DNA of 64,000 bases, taken from assembly GCA_963666055.2 (NCBI GenBank), contig CAXWPH010000015.1:768001-832000 (forward strand), given 5' to 3'. Of this stretch, positions 9,532-18,873 are shown one piece after another. This stretch comes from Acidobacteriota bacterium (GTDB taxonomy: Bacteria; Acidobacteriota; UBA890; WLXD01). The notes below the pieces were generated by a model. It saw nothing but the letters and a program-made list of their open reading frames with translations. It had not been told where the DNA came from and ran no database searches. The position numbers and the translations under genes are program-made. Positions within the stretch are counted from its first letter, which is position 1. Each line of letters starts with the position of its first letter.

Positions 9532-9588
9532 GGCTCCCGGGGCGTTGTGCGAGATCCCACAGCCAATGTGGATCAGGAGAGACTACCT

Positions 9589-10348
9589 ATGCGCGACGAG
9601 GTTACAGCTACCTCCCATGAACCCGCGCGCGGGGCACGACGAGATTCACACGGGATTTTCTTCGTCGGAATGGCAGTCTTACTCACGGCTCTCGTTTTCG
9701 CTGCGTTTGCGCCGACGTTCTACATGAAATCATTGTTCTCGTTTCGCGACCTGACGAACCTCGAGCACATCCATGGCGTGGTAGGAACCGCTTGGCTCCT
9801 TCTCTTCTTCGCCCAGACTGTCTTGTATCTCACGACGACGGGTCGCCCTCCACAAGAGGCTCGGGTTTCTCACGCTAGGACTTGCCGTCGCAATGGCCGG
9901 GCTGATCACGGTTCTCATGATCCAAACTGCCCACACCCGCAACGCTACTGGGACTACAGAGCTTGGGTACGTGACCGCTACGGGGCGCCTGTTCTGGGGA
10001 AATGTGAATATCCTGATTGGGTTCTCGATCTTTGTTGGGCTTGGCTACCGCTACCGACGCCGACCGGAGCTACACAAACGGTTCATGCTTTTGGCCATGC
10101 TGAGTTGGATGCCAACAGTACTTGGACGGATCGCGCGTTTCGCCTTCTGGGGCCTCCCTGTACCTGTGGTCATGGTTCCCCTTTTTCTTTCGACGCTCCT
10201 ATTGATCATTGTGTACGACGTCCGCACTAGAGGGCGCCCTCACCCCGCGTCTCTCATTGGGGCATCCGCGATATTCGTGGGGGCTGTCACTGCAGCCTTT
10301 GTGGTCCCGCAGCTCGAGATCGCACGTAGGATTGTCGCATCCCTGTAG
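9589..10348 (+). CDS. Multi-pass membrane protein (frameshift near 9845)
   Basis: FAPTFY...HIHG...WLLLFFAQT / LHKRLG...HKRFMLLA...YDVRTRGRPHPAS. Confidence 0.7.
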
Positions 10349-10374
10349 CGCTCAACGCCTGGTCGGATAGGGCC

Positions 10375-10507
10375 GCCTAACCAGGGCTTGCAGCTGACAA
10401 CAGACAGCCGAGCGTCCTGAATCCGGTAGCATGCTGGCGTCGGGGCTCCGTGGCATGGCGTTGACGATCAGCACTGTCTGTTGCAGCTGAAGCCCAATCC
10501 GTTATGC
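10375..10507 (+). repeat. attC site 5
   Basis: GCCTAAC...GGGCTTgCAGCTGaCAACAGACAG / CTGTCTGTTGCAGCTGAAGCCC...GTTATGC. Confidence 0.9.
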
Positions 10508-10557
10508 CGCTTGACACGAGTATGGCGGCTCTCGGCCAACCAGCGAACTGGAGACAC

Positions 10558-11035
10558 ATGAAGGCTATTATCCCCTGCGTCCTCCTCGTCCTGCTCGTAG
10601 CCTCGTCCCATGCGCAGGAGCATCTCCCGGTCATCGACATGCATCTCCACGCGCTCGCGGCGGACGACCAGGGACCACCGCCCCTCGCCATCTGTACTCC
10701 CATCGATCCGTTCCCGGTCTGGGATCCAGCACAACCCTATGGTGCGACGTTCATGGCCATGCTGAAGGAGCCGTCCTGTGATAACCCGGTCTGGTCGCCG
10801 ATGACGGACGAGGCGCTGATGATTCAGACGCTTGAGGTCATGGAGCGCCGCAACATCTTTGGTGTCCTGAGTGGCACGCCGGACCGCGTTGCCACGTGGA
10901 TGGCGGCTGCTCCGGGTCGCTTCTTTGCCGGCCTTGGGTTCCGATTGGGCCACGATAGCCCTTCTCCCGACTCCCTGCGTGCATTACATGCGGAGGGTCA
11001 TCTCGCGGTCTTTGCGGAGGTCACCAACCAATACG
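10558..11035 (+). pseudogene. Secreted amidohydrolase, 5' part only
   Basis: Signal peptide, PVIDMHLH, AVFAEVTNQY, then abrupt switch into HicA sequence. Confidence 0.75.
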
Positions 11036-11149
11036 GACGGAGCGCGCATCCTCACGATCCCGCGAGCCAACCCGATCAACGCCTACGCGATGGGCGGTAT
11101 CGCTCGCGACGCTGAGCTGACTCCCGAAGTGTTCAAGAAGCTCCTGTAG
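11033..11149 (+). pseudogene. hicA: HicA toxin C-terminal relic
   Basis: TDGARILTIPRANPINAYAMGGIARDAELTPEVFKKLL*. Confidence 0.7.
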
Positions 11150-11155
11150 TCTGCT

Positions 11156-11240
11156 GTCTAACAGGAGCCAGCAGCTGCCGGCTCCGCGTCTGGTTGGGGA
11201 GCCTCAGAAACCCAGAGGCTCTGGCGGGCGACGCTCCCAG
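11156..11240 (+). repeat. attC site 6, left half only
   Basis: GTCTAAC aggAGCCAgCAGCTGcCGG present; complementary arm and GTT core absent. Confidence 0.6.
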
Positions 11241-11255
11241 TATTAGTCCTTTATA

Positions 11256-11274
11256 TATATCCGCTACGGATATA
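11256..11274. promoter_or_regulatory. Palindromic operator upstream of padR
   Basis: TATATCCG-cta-CGGATATA, 10 nt before ATG. Confidence 0.65.
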
Positions 11275-11284
11275 GTATACAAGC

Positions 11285-11647
11285 ATGGCAAAGAGTACAA
11301 GCAACGCGCCCCTCACTCCGGCGGTGCTTCATATCCTTCTCGCGCTTTCTACGAAAGAGCGGCACGGCTATGGAATCATGAAGCAGGTCGAGTCGGACTC
11401 GCAGGGAAAGGTGAACATGGGGCCGGGTACGCTTTACGGCTCGATTGGTCGCATGATCGAGGCCGGATTGATACGCGAGAGCAACAAAAAGATAGACCCT
11501 GAAATGGACGACGCGCGGCGGGTCTATTACAAAATCACCGGCCTCGGCCAAAAAGCGCTCGCGGCGGAGTTGCAGCGATACCGTGAGGTCGTAGCGGTCG
11601 CCAAACAAAAACGGCTCTCGCCGAGTACTTTTGCGTATGGCATATGA
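11285..11647 (+). CDS. PadR-family transcriptional regulator
   Basis: HILLALS..ERHGYGIMK..GPGTLYGSI..RRVYYKIT..G. Confidence 0.92.
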   Translation: MAKSTSNAPLTPAVLHILLALSTKERHGYGIMKQVESDSQGKVNMGPGTLYGSIGRMIEAGLIRESNKKIDPEMDDARRVYYKITGLGQKALAAELQRYREVVAVAKQKRLSPSTFAYGI

Positions 11648-12404
11648 ACACTCAATACGACGATTCCAAAGCTGTTACGCAACACTGCTTCGTTTCTACC
11701 CGAAGCGGTATCGCGAGCGCTTTGGAGAACCGATGGAGCAAACCTTCAACGATCTTCTCCGAGAGCGCGCAGAGGAAGAAAAAGGATTATTTGGCTTCGC
11801 TCTCTGGATGTTCGTCGAAACATTCGCAGGACTTATTAGAGAGAACATGACAGTTATCATCATGCAAAACAAAAGCATTATCCGCATTGCGCTCGCGACA
11901 GCGTTCATATTGCTGCTGCCCTTGTTAGCGATGCAGTTGACTGATGAAGTGGTCTGGAACCTGGCCGATTTCGCTGCCGCCGGCGTCCTCCTGTTCGGCG
12001 CTGGTCTCACGTATGAGCTGATAGCGAGGAAGGCAGGCCATATCGCGCACCGAGCCGCCGTCGGCGTTGCGGTCGCGGCAGCGCTCCTCCTTGTCTGGAT
12101 AAACCTTGCCGTTGGCATCATCGGAAACGAGGGAAACCCCGCCAACTTGATGTACATTGGGGTGCTCGCCGTCGGAATTATCGGTGCCCTCATCGCGCGC
12201 TTCCAGCCACATGGAATGGCGCGCGCGTTGTTCGCGACGGCGCTTGCTCAGATGTTGGTCGCCGTGATCGCGCTGGCCGCTCGGCTAGGCACCAGTGGAC
12301 CGGTTTGGCCGAGAGATGTATTGATCGCGACTGGATTCTTTGCCACGCTGTGGCTCGGATCGGCTTTGCTGTTTCGACGCGCAAGCGCCTCGGACCCGAC
12401 GTAG
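11637..12404 (+). CDS. PadR-associated membrane protein
   Basis: YATLLRFYPKRYRERFGEPMEQTF then TM region LLVWINLAVGIIGNEGNPAN. Confidence 0.75.
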   Translation: MAYEHSIRRFQSCYATLLRFYPKRYRERFGEPMEQTFNDLLRERAEEEKGLFGFALWMFVETFAGLIRENMTVIIMQNKSIIRIALATAFILLLPLLAMQLTDEVVWNLADFAAAGVLLFGAGLTYELIARKAGHIAHRAAVGVAVAAALLLVWINLAVGIIGNEGNPANLMYIGVLAVGIIGALIARFQPHGMARALFATALAQMLVAVIALAARLGTSGPVWPRDVLIATGFFATLWLGSALLFRRASASDPT

Positions 12405-12490
12405 AACTGACGGCTTGAGTGGCGGTTTAGTACGCCAAGCGCAGAGAATGCTTTCGCCTGCGCACTTTGAACCCGACATGGCAAACTTTC

Positions 12491-12622
12491 TTCTGGCTTG
12501 AGCCTCAGGTCGAGGTGGCTCGAAGGCACAGGCTCAGCGACAAGCAAATCCGTCGGGCGTTGGAGTTCGTCGAGGAGCGTGAGGATGAAATCCGCGAAGC
12601 TTGGCAAGAGCACTTCAGCTGA
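12491..12622 (+). pseudogene. DUF4160-family putative toxin, C-terminal relic
   Basis: FWLEPQVEVARRHRLSDKQIRRALEFVEEREDEIREAWQEHFS*; N-terminus missing. Confidence 0.7.
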
Positions 12623-12860
12623 GCTCTCGAACGTCTCGGCTCACGGAATGTGGATTCTGGTCGATGAGTAAGAGTTCTATCTGTCGTTCGAGCAGTTTCC
12701 GTGGTTCCGCGACGCATCGATCGGTCAGCTCGCCCACATCGAACAACCCCAGCCGCATCACCTGTACTGGGCGGACTTGGATGTCGACTTGACGCTTGAG
12801 TCAATTGAGAACCCCGAGCGCTATCCTCTCGTTAGCAAGTCGCGGCCTAACAACAGCTAG
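12585..12860 (+). pseudogene. DUF2442-family putative antitoxin with nonsense codon
   Basis: MKSAKLGKSTS...HGMWILVDE*EFYLSFEQFPWF...HLYWADLDVDL...NPERYPL; TAA at 12669-12671. Confidence 0.75.
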
Positions 12861-12907
12861 GAGCCGCCGGCGCTCCGCGCCGCAGCTCAAGCTGTGAACC
12901 GTTATAC
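12845..12907 (+). repeat. attC site 7
   Basis: GCCTAAC aACAGCT..GAGC..CGGCGC tcc GCGCCG..GCTC.AGCTGT...GTTATAC. Confidence 0.88.
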
Positions 12908-12970
12908 GGCGCTGGCGACGGTGAGGTTAGGATTCCCAGCGTTGTGCCGCCGCTTCTGAGCGTAATAGCC

Positions 12971-13369
12971 ATGAATCAGATTGTTCTGTTCTCCAATTCA
13001 GTCAAGCGGGATCCAGCCATCGATGCCTGGATGAAGGAGCATTCGGTTGACTTGGGGGCTATCGCGCGGCATTGGTTTGACGTCATGCGCGAGCGTGGAG
13101 ACGATGTTCGAGAGCTATTGCATGACGGCCATCCGACCGCGTGCGTAGCGGACGCGGCATTCGCCTACGTCAACGCGTTTACGGCCCACGTCAACGTGGG
13201 ATTTTTCCGTGGTGCCGAGCTTGCGGATCCGGCGGAGCTGCTGGAAGGCACCGGCAAGTACATGCGCCATGTGAAGCTCAGCCCCGAAAGCGACGTCGAC
13301 GCTACGGCGCTAATCAAGCTAGTCGATGCGGCATACGCTGATATGAAGGGGCGCCTCGAGGCAGAGTAG
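12971..13369 (+). CDS. DUF1801-family protein
   Basis: ELLHDGHPTACV...HVNVGFFRGAELADPAELLEGTGKYMRHVKL. Confidence 0.88.
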   Translation: MNQIVLFSNSVKRDPAIDAWMKEHSVDLGAIARHWFDVMRERGDDVRELLHDGHPTACVADAAFAYVNAFTAHVNVGFFRGAELADPAELLEGTGKYMRHVKLSPESDVDATALIKLVDAAYADMKGRLEAE

Positions 13370-13419
13370 TTCGTGCCGGCTATCGACAGATCTGGTCTTT
13401 TCGAGGTAATCGAGGAGCC

Positions 13420-13460
13420 GTATGACAACGGGATGGAGCTGACAGTCCAAAAGTGACACG
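13420..13460 (+). repeat. attC site 8, mutated left half
   Basis: GCCGTATGAC matches the cassette start GTTATACGGC except AAC>GAC; followed by GGATGGAGCTGAC as in attC1; right arm absent. Confidence 0.65.
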
Positions 13461-13571
13461 CCGATCGTGCTCGATCAGCAAGGCTGTCTCCGTGAGAGCA
13501 TCCGCGCTCATCGGGCTCGCGGAAACGAACAGCTCAATCGTTGATCACTTTTGGCCTCGCACACCTGTACT

Positions 13572-14375
13572 ATGCCTGCCATGTTGAGAGGTTCCACCAC
13601 GGGTCCGAATGACGTGCCGCCGGCGCCCGCCCCGCACCGTCCGGGAGATGACCGGCACACGCTTTGGGTCAGGATCACGCACTGGTTAACAACTGCGAGC
13701 TTCTTGACGCTCGCCTTCACCGGATTCGTCATCCTGATGGCCCACCCGCGGCTGTACTGGGGTGAGGTCGGCAACAGCCTGACGCCGGCCCTGCTCGAGT
13801 TGCCGATCAGCCGGAACTATCAACATGGTGGCTGGGAGGATGTGCAGCCCTTCTTCGAAGGTGCTGAATCGCCGGTGAGCGCTGACCGCACCTTCAACAT
13901 GTTCAACCAGAACAGCTGGGGGCGTAGCCTGCACTTCCTGGCGGCCTGGATCCTCGTAGCGACGGGCGCCGTCTACTTGCTCACCGGCATCGTCACGAGC
14001 CACTTCTGGCGACATCTCCTGCCGCGCTCCGGCGAGTTCACCCCACAGCTCCTGTGGCAGGACCTGATGCGCCATTTGCGCCGGCAGTTCCGGCTCGCTA
14101 CAGGCGGGCCGCAGTACGGCCTGCTGCAGAGATGCGCGTACCTCAGCGTCGTCTTCGTGGGCATGCCGCTGATGGTGGTCACCGGTCTGGGGATGTCGCC
14201 CGCGGTTACTGCTGCGTACCCGTTCCTGTCCGGCATGTTCGGCGGGTTCCAATCGGCCCGTACGATCCACTTCTTCCTGTTTGCCGCGCTGGTCCTCTTT
14301 CTGGTCGGCCACGTGCTGATGGTCTTCCTGTCCGGCTTCCGCCGTCAGATACGCGCCATGACCCTAGGGGAATAG
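13572..14375 (+). CDS. Cytochrome b/b6-domain membrane protein
   Basis: HTLWVRITHW, HPRLYWG, GRSLHF, GLGMSP, GGFQSARTIHF. Confidence 0.88.
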   Translation: MPAMLRGSTTGPNDVPPAPAPHRPGDDRHTLWVRITHWLTTASFLTLAFTGFVILMAHPRLYWGEVGNSLTPALLELPISRNYQHGGWEDVQPFFEGAESPVSADRTFNMFNQNSWGRSLHFLAAWILVATGAVYLLTGIVTSHFWRHLLPRSGEFTPQLLWQDLMRHLRRQFRLATGGPQYGLLQRCAYLSVVFVGMPLMVVTGLGMSPAVTAAYPFLSGMFGGFQSARTIHFFLFAALVLFLVGHVLMVFLSGFRRQIRAMTLGE

Positions 14376-14376
14376 A

Positions 14377-15147
14377 ATGAAAGACGACATGGTCATCACC
14401 CGCCGTCGCGCCCTCCTCACGGGACTCAGCTCGGTCGCTGGACTGGCGCTGACAGGTTGCTCGGACGAGCTACCTCCTACCTACGGCAACCTTCTGCGGA
14501 TGGGCGATGTGCTGACCTACAAGGCGCACCGCCTGCTGCTGCCTGCACGATCGCTGGCGCGCGAATACACCCACGCACAGATCTCCTCGTCCCCCGCCAT
14601 CGGCACCACGGATCCCGGTGACCCGACCCGTTCCTACTTCGACGTCGAAAGTGGACCGATCTACGACCGCCTGAGACATGGAGGGTTCGCCGACTGGCAC
14701 CTCACGATCGAGGGCAGCGTGGCCCGGCCGCAAGCCTTCTCGCTCGCGGATCTGAAACGGCTTCCTTCCCGCACGCAGATTACGAGGCATACGTGCGAGG
14801 AAGGCTGGTCCGCCATCGCCGAGTGGACCGGGGTGCCGCTCCGTCAGGTCCTGGAGGCCGCGGGCATTCTCCCGAGCGCCCGCTTCGTCCAATTCTACGC
14901 CTACGATGCCATCGCCGACGGCATCGACATGCTCGATGCCCTGCACCCACAGACGATTCTGGCGTACGGCATGAACGGTCGCGACCTGCCCGTTCCGCAT
15001 GGAGCGCCGGTGCGCCTGCGAGTGGAAACGCAGATGGGCTACAAGAGCATGAAGTTCCTCCAGCGGATCGTCGTCACCGACCACTTCGACGATCTGGGCA
15101 GCCGCGGACCGCTGCACGGCGGGTGGTCGTGGTACGCGGGGATCTGA
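14377..15147 (+). CDS. Molybdopterin oxidoreductase (sulfite oxidase/MsrP-like), Tat lipoprotein
   Basis: TRRRALL..LTGC; TQITRHTCEEGWSAI; DALHPQTILAY; HGAPVRLRVETQMGYK. Confidence 0.88.
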   Translation: MKDDMVITRRRALLTGLSSVAGLALTGCSDELPPTYGNLLRMGDVLTYKAHRLLLPARSLAREYTHAQISSSPAIGTTDPGDPTRSYFDVESGPIYDRLRHGGFADWHLTIEGSVARPQAFSLADLKRLPSRTQITRHTCEEGWSAIAEWTGVPLRQVLEAAGILPSARFVQFYAYDAIADGIDMLDALHPQTILAYGMNGRDLPVPHGAPVRLRVETQMGYKSMKFLQRIVVTDHFDDLGSRGPLHGGWSWYAGI

Positions 15148-15175
15148 GCGCGCTCGGTAGTAAGTACTGAGGAAC

Positions 15176-16135
15176 ATGTGGCCCACCACACTTTCACCAC
15201 GGCCTGCTAGACATCTCTCTGCGGTCACGCTCCTGCTCGGCAGCCTGTGCCTCCTCTTCGCGGGTGATCTCGAGGGCCAAGCCCAGTGTCCTTCCAGTGG
15301 TGTGGCAGTACAGGTCCTGGGCTCGGGAGGGCCGCGTGCAGGGACGGCACGTGCGTCGGCGAGCTACCTCGTGTGGGTCGATGGCCGCGCTCGCGTCATG
15401 GTGGATGCTGGGGGAGGGTCATTCGTACGCTTCGGTGAGTCGGGAGCTCGGTTGGCGGACCTTAGTCTCCTGGCCATTAGCCATCTGCATCCGGACCACG
15501 TCACGGATCTGGCCGGGCTCCTCTGGCTGAGTGACTCGGATCGGCAGGAACCACTGCCCCTGGTCGGACCCTCGGGACGCAATGAATACTCCTCCTTCTC
15601 GACCTTTCTCGATCGGTTATTCGACCCGGCCGACGGTGCGTTCCCAGTTCTAAGCGGCACGGTCGGAGGTCCCGGGCGTGGGGTGCTGGTCGAACCGTTG
15701 ACCATCGAGATCGAGACGAGGGCTTCTAGCCTGGTCCTGGAAGAGTCGGGCCTGGTCGTGCGGGCCCTGCCGGTGCCACACGGCAACGTGCCTGCCCTGG
15801 CCTACCGCGTCGAGGTCGGAGGGGTGAGCGTGGTGTTCAGCAGCGACCAGAATGGCAGCGATCCGCGCTTCGTCGAATTCTCCAGGGATGCGACGGCGCT
15901 CGTGATGCATCTTGCCGTATCGCCTACCGCATCGGGTTTCGGCCGCGAGCTTCACGCGACTCCGGCGACCGTGGGTCGCGTGGCGTCTGAAGCGTCCGTT
16001 CGACAGCTAGTTCTTAGCCACTTGTTCGTGCACGAGAGCCCGGAGGAGTTGGAGGCGGGGGTCGCTGAAGTGAGGTCTCACTATTCCGGGATCCTGCGCG
16101 CCGCTGATGACCTCGCGTGTTTCCCGCTCGGATAG
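15176..16135 (+). CDS. Secreted MBL-fold metallo-hydrolase (RNase Z/arylsulfatase-like)
   Basis: VQVLGSGGP, DAGGG, SHLHPDH, SSDQNG, LVLSH. Confidence 0.88.
   Translation: MWPTTLSPRPARHLSAVTLLLGSLCLLFAGDLEGQAQCPSSGVAVQVLGSGGPRAGTARASASYLVWVDGRARVMVDAGGGSFVRFGESGARLADLSLLAISHLHPDHVTDLAGLLWLSDSDRQEPLPLVGPSGRNEYSSFSTFLDRLFDPADGAFPVLSGTVGGPGRGVLVEPLTIEIETRASSLVLEESGLVVRALPVPHGNVPALAYRVEVGGVSVVFSSDQNGSDPRFVEFSRDATALVMHLAVSPTASGFGRELHATPATVGRVASEASVRQLVLSHLFVHESPEELEAGVAEVRSHYSGILRAADDLACFPLG
15187..15210. repeat. Solo terminal inverted repeat of the MITE at 54621-54899
   Basis: CACACTTTCACCACGGCCTGCTAG, 24/24 identical to 54876-54899. Confidence 0.85.
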
Positions 16136-16212
16136 GGTGCGCCAGAGTGACGGGATAGTCGGGAGCCGCCTGTCAGCTCTCAGCATTTTAGGCTGCCAGC
16201 GCAACACGGAGA

Positions 16213-16480
16213 TTGGCATACGTGCTCCTGACGCTGCCGTTTCTGGTCGTGATTGGCTTGGTGTTGCCGGCGCTGGTCTGGTCGAGTGCTCGCGCGTTGT
16301 CTTCGCCCGACTCTGCCTCGACTGCTATGCCATCGGCACGAGCAATGGCCGTGCAAGTGCTCGCTGTGCAGGCTCTCGTCTTTGGTCTCGCATGGCTAGC
16401 CATGGTCGGTGCGAAGCTCTTGATCCCGTGGCGCTCCTTGTTCACGCCAATGACGGTCGGCATGCTCGTCGCCAGCAGAA
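16213..16480 (+). pseudogene. Truncated membrane-protein gene fragment
   Basis: Hydrophobic helices then loss of coding character. Confidence 0.35.
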
Positions 16481-16601
16481 TCGCGAGACGTTCGACGGCC
16501 AACGCTGAGCGCTGCCGAAATCTCCCCAGGATCGAGGCACGGCCAGCTGCTAGCATCGCTGCAGATCCTGGTATGTCTTGGGTGGTCGCAGCGGAGGGCA
16601 C

Positions 16602-17033
16602 ATGAAAGTAGCACTCGCCAGTCTGGTCCTCGCGGTCTCGGTGGGCTTCGGCCCTGGCCCCGCTCAGTCGTCTGGCTACGTGGTGATCGTGCACCCGGAC
16701 AACCCGGTGAGTTCGATTTCGAAGAAGGAGCTGTCGGCCTACCTGCTCAAGGAGCGTTCTCAATGGCCCGGTGGGGTAGAGGCCAGGCCGGTCGACCAGG
16801 TAGCGAGCTCCTCGTCCCGGCGAGCTTTCTCCCGCGCCGTGCATGGCCGCTCCGCCGCGAGCATCAAGGACTACTGGCAGCAACAGATCTTCTCCGGGGA
16901 TGGTGTTCCGCCTCCCGAAGTTGCGGGAGACGACGAAGTGGTCGCCCACGTCAGGAGAAATCGGGGTGGAATCGGCTACGTTTCCAGATCTATGCGGCTC
17001 GAGGGCGTGAAGGAGCTGGCGATTCCGAACTGA
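16602..17033 (+). CDS. Periplasmic phosphate-ABC substrate-binding-like small protein
   Basis: Signal peptide; VVIVHPDNPV, YWQQQIFSG..PP, V..NRGGIGYV. Confidence 0.8.
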   Translation: MKVALASLVLAVSVGFGPGPAQSSGYVVIVHPDNPVSSISKKELSAYLLKERSQWPGGVEARPVDQVASSSSRRAFSRAVHGRSAASIKDYWQQQIFSGDGVPPPEVAGDDEVVAHVRRNRGGIGYVSRSMRLEGVKELAIPN

Positions 17034-17077
17034 TTCCTTCGAGCGTTCCGGGCTCCATCTGGTCCGCTAGTCTCCGG

Positions 17078-17102
17078 CTGCGGCTGAACTCAAACGTTGG
17101 AT
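17078..17102 (+). repeat. attC site, right half only
   Basis: GCGGCTGAACTCAAACGTTGGAT has the L'-spacer-R' layout; left half absent. Confidence 0.55.
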
Positions 17103-17130
17103 GGCTAAGCGAAGCAGGAGAGCTGCTGGG

Positions 17131-17856
17131 ATGACGACCCTCGTGGTTGGAGCTAGCGGGGCGACCGGACGGCTGCTCGTGCAGCAATTGCTCCATCGCG
17201 GACAGAACGTCAAGGTGATCGTACGATCACCCGACAAGCTGCCCGAAGCCCTCGAGAATCACGATAGCTTGTCCGTGATCCGCGCAAGCGTCCTGGACCT
17301 CAGCGACGCCGAGATGGCCCAGCACGTCAACGGGTGTGACGCGGTGGCTTCGTGCCTGGGACACAACATGAGCTTGAAGGGTATCTACGGGCACCCGCGC
17401 AGGCTTGTCACCGATGCAACTCGCCGCTTGTGCGATGCCATCAAGGCACACAAGTCCGAACAGCCAACCAAGTTCGTGCTCATGAACACGGCCGGCAACA
17501 GCAACCGCGATCTTGACGAACGGGTTTCGTTTGGCCAGAAGTGCGTCATCGGGCTTCTTCGTCTACTGCTGCCTCCGCACGTCGACAATGAGAAGGCTGC
17601 GGACTATCTGCGAATCAAGATTGGCCAAAACAACGGTGCGATCGAATGGGCCGCGGTTCGCCCGGACAATTTGATCGATGAGGACGAGGTCACGGAGTAC
17701 GAAGTCCATTCTTCGCCGACTAGAAGCGCGATCTTTGATGCGGGTGTGACCAGTCGAAGCAACGTTGGTCACTTCATGGCTGACCTGATCACCGACGACG
17801 ACACATGGAACAAGTGGAAGGGGCAAATGCCGGTGATTTACAACAAGGGATCGTAG
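17131..17856 (+). CDS. NAD(P)H-binding oxidoreductase (atypical SDR)
   Basis: VVGASGATG Rossmann motif; WAAVRPD; KGQMPVIYN. Confidence 0.88.
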   Translation: MTTLVVGASGATGRLLVQQLLHRGQNVKVIVRSPDKLPEALENHDSLSVIRASVLDLSDAEMAQHVNGCDAVASCLGHNMSLKGIYGHPRRLVTDATRRLCDAIKAHKSEQPTKFVLMNTAGNSNRDLDERVSFGQKCVIGLLRLLLPPHVDNEKAADYLRIKIGQNNGAIEWAAVRPDNLIDEDEVTEYEVHSSPTRSAIFDAGVTSRSNVGHFMADLITDDDTWNKWKGQMPVIYNKGS

Positions 17857-17972
17857 TCGAGCGAAATGGAGGTTCATCCGGAAATCGCTCTGCTCGACCG
17901 GGTGATCTTCCATGGCCTGGGCCGCATCCGCCGGGGTCATCATCCAAAACTGATAGAGAGGATGAGGTGCTT

Positions 17973-18638
17973 ATGGCCAATTCCACTGACTATGCTGCTC
18001 GCCTGGAGATCGACTATTCGGAGACACTGGACCGGCTGACCACTTTCTTGCGTCTTGTCTGGATCGTTCCCATCGCCATCACCCTGGGCCTCATCTCGGG
18101 GGCCGGCGAGACAGTCGTGGAGACGGTGGTCATCGATGCCGCCGGTGAGGTCGTGGAAAGAAGCAGGGAGACGGCTGGGCGGCTGGCCAGCGGTCTTGTA
18201 GCGGCAACGGTGCTGATGATCGTCTTTCGCCAGCGTTATCCGCGCTGGTGGTTCGACTTCTCTCGCGAGTTGGTCCGATTCGGGGCCAGAGTCGGCGCCT
18301 ACCTATTCCTTCTCACCGACCGATACCCGTCGACCGTAGAGGAGCAGGCTGTCCACCTGGACATCGACTACCCCGACGCGAAACGTGATCTCAATCGGTG
18401 GTTACCGCTGGTCAAGTGGCTGCTTGCGATCCCCCATGTCGTCGTCCTGTTCTTTCTCAACATCGTGGCCATCTTTGCCGTGATCTTGGCTTGGCTCGCC
18501 ATTCTGGCCACCGGTCGATACCCGAAAGGGATCTTCGACTTCATCGTGGGAGTCGGCCGCTGGCATCTGCGGGTGGGGGCCTACGCACTCCTGCTGGTGA
18601 CCGATCGCTATCCACCATTCAGCCTGCGTGCCGCCTGA
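17973..18638 (+). CDS. DUF4389 membrane protein
   Basis: Two repeats of YPRWWFDF...AYLFLLTDRYP / YPKGIFDF...LVTDRYPPFSL. Confidence 0.88.
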   Translation: MANSTDYAARLEIDYSETLDRLTTFLRLVWIVPIAITLGLISGAGETVVETVVIDAAGEVVERSRETAGRLASGLVAATVLMIVFRQRYPRWWFDFSRELVRFGARVGAYLFLLTDRYPSTVEEQAVHLDIDYPDAKRDLNRWLPLVKWLLAIPHVVVLFFLNIVAIFAVILAWLAILATGRYPKGIFDFIVGVGRWHLRVGAYALLLVTDRYPPFSLRAA

Positions 18639-18690
18639 GGGGCGTGTCGAGTAGGGCGCGAAGCGACGACTGAGGATCCAAGTATCGCTG

Positions 18691-18749
18691 ATGGGCGGTA
18701 TCGCGCGCGACGCCGGGCTGACTCGCGAAGCGCTCAAGAGCTCCTGTAG
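18691..18749 (+). pseudogene. hicA: Second HicA C-terminal relic
   Basis: ATGGGCGGTATCGCGCGCGACGCCGGGCTGACT...CTCCTGTAG, closely similar to 11090-11149. Confidence 0.65.
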
Positions 18750-18756
18750 TCTATTT

Positions 18757-18873
18757 GTATGACAGGAGGAGCCAGCGGCTGACAGCGGCGCGGTTCGCTG
18801 GGAGAGTGTCGGAAACTGACGACTCCAGACAAGGCCGCGGAGGCGCCGCAGCTGTGGCTCAGGACCGTTAGCG
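18757..18873 (+). repeat. attC site 9 (full length, cores mutated)
   Basis: GTATGAC...GAGCCA.CGGCTG...GCGGCGC / GCGCCGCAGCTGTGGCTC...GTTAGCG. Confidence 0.75.

Noticed and set aside
12669-12671. In-frame stop in DUF2442 as recoding
   Set aside because: It is TAA, not TGA or TAG, at a non-catalytic position; treated as a nonsense mutation
5819-18873. Recurrent palindromes as CRISPR or REP repeats
   Set aside because: Variable length and sequence, gene-sized spacing and RYYYAAC/GTTRRRY cores identify them as attC; no cas genes
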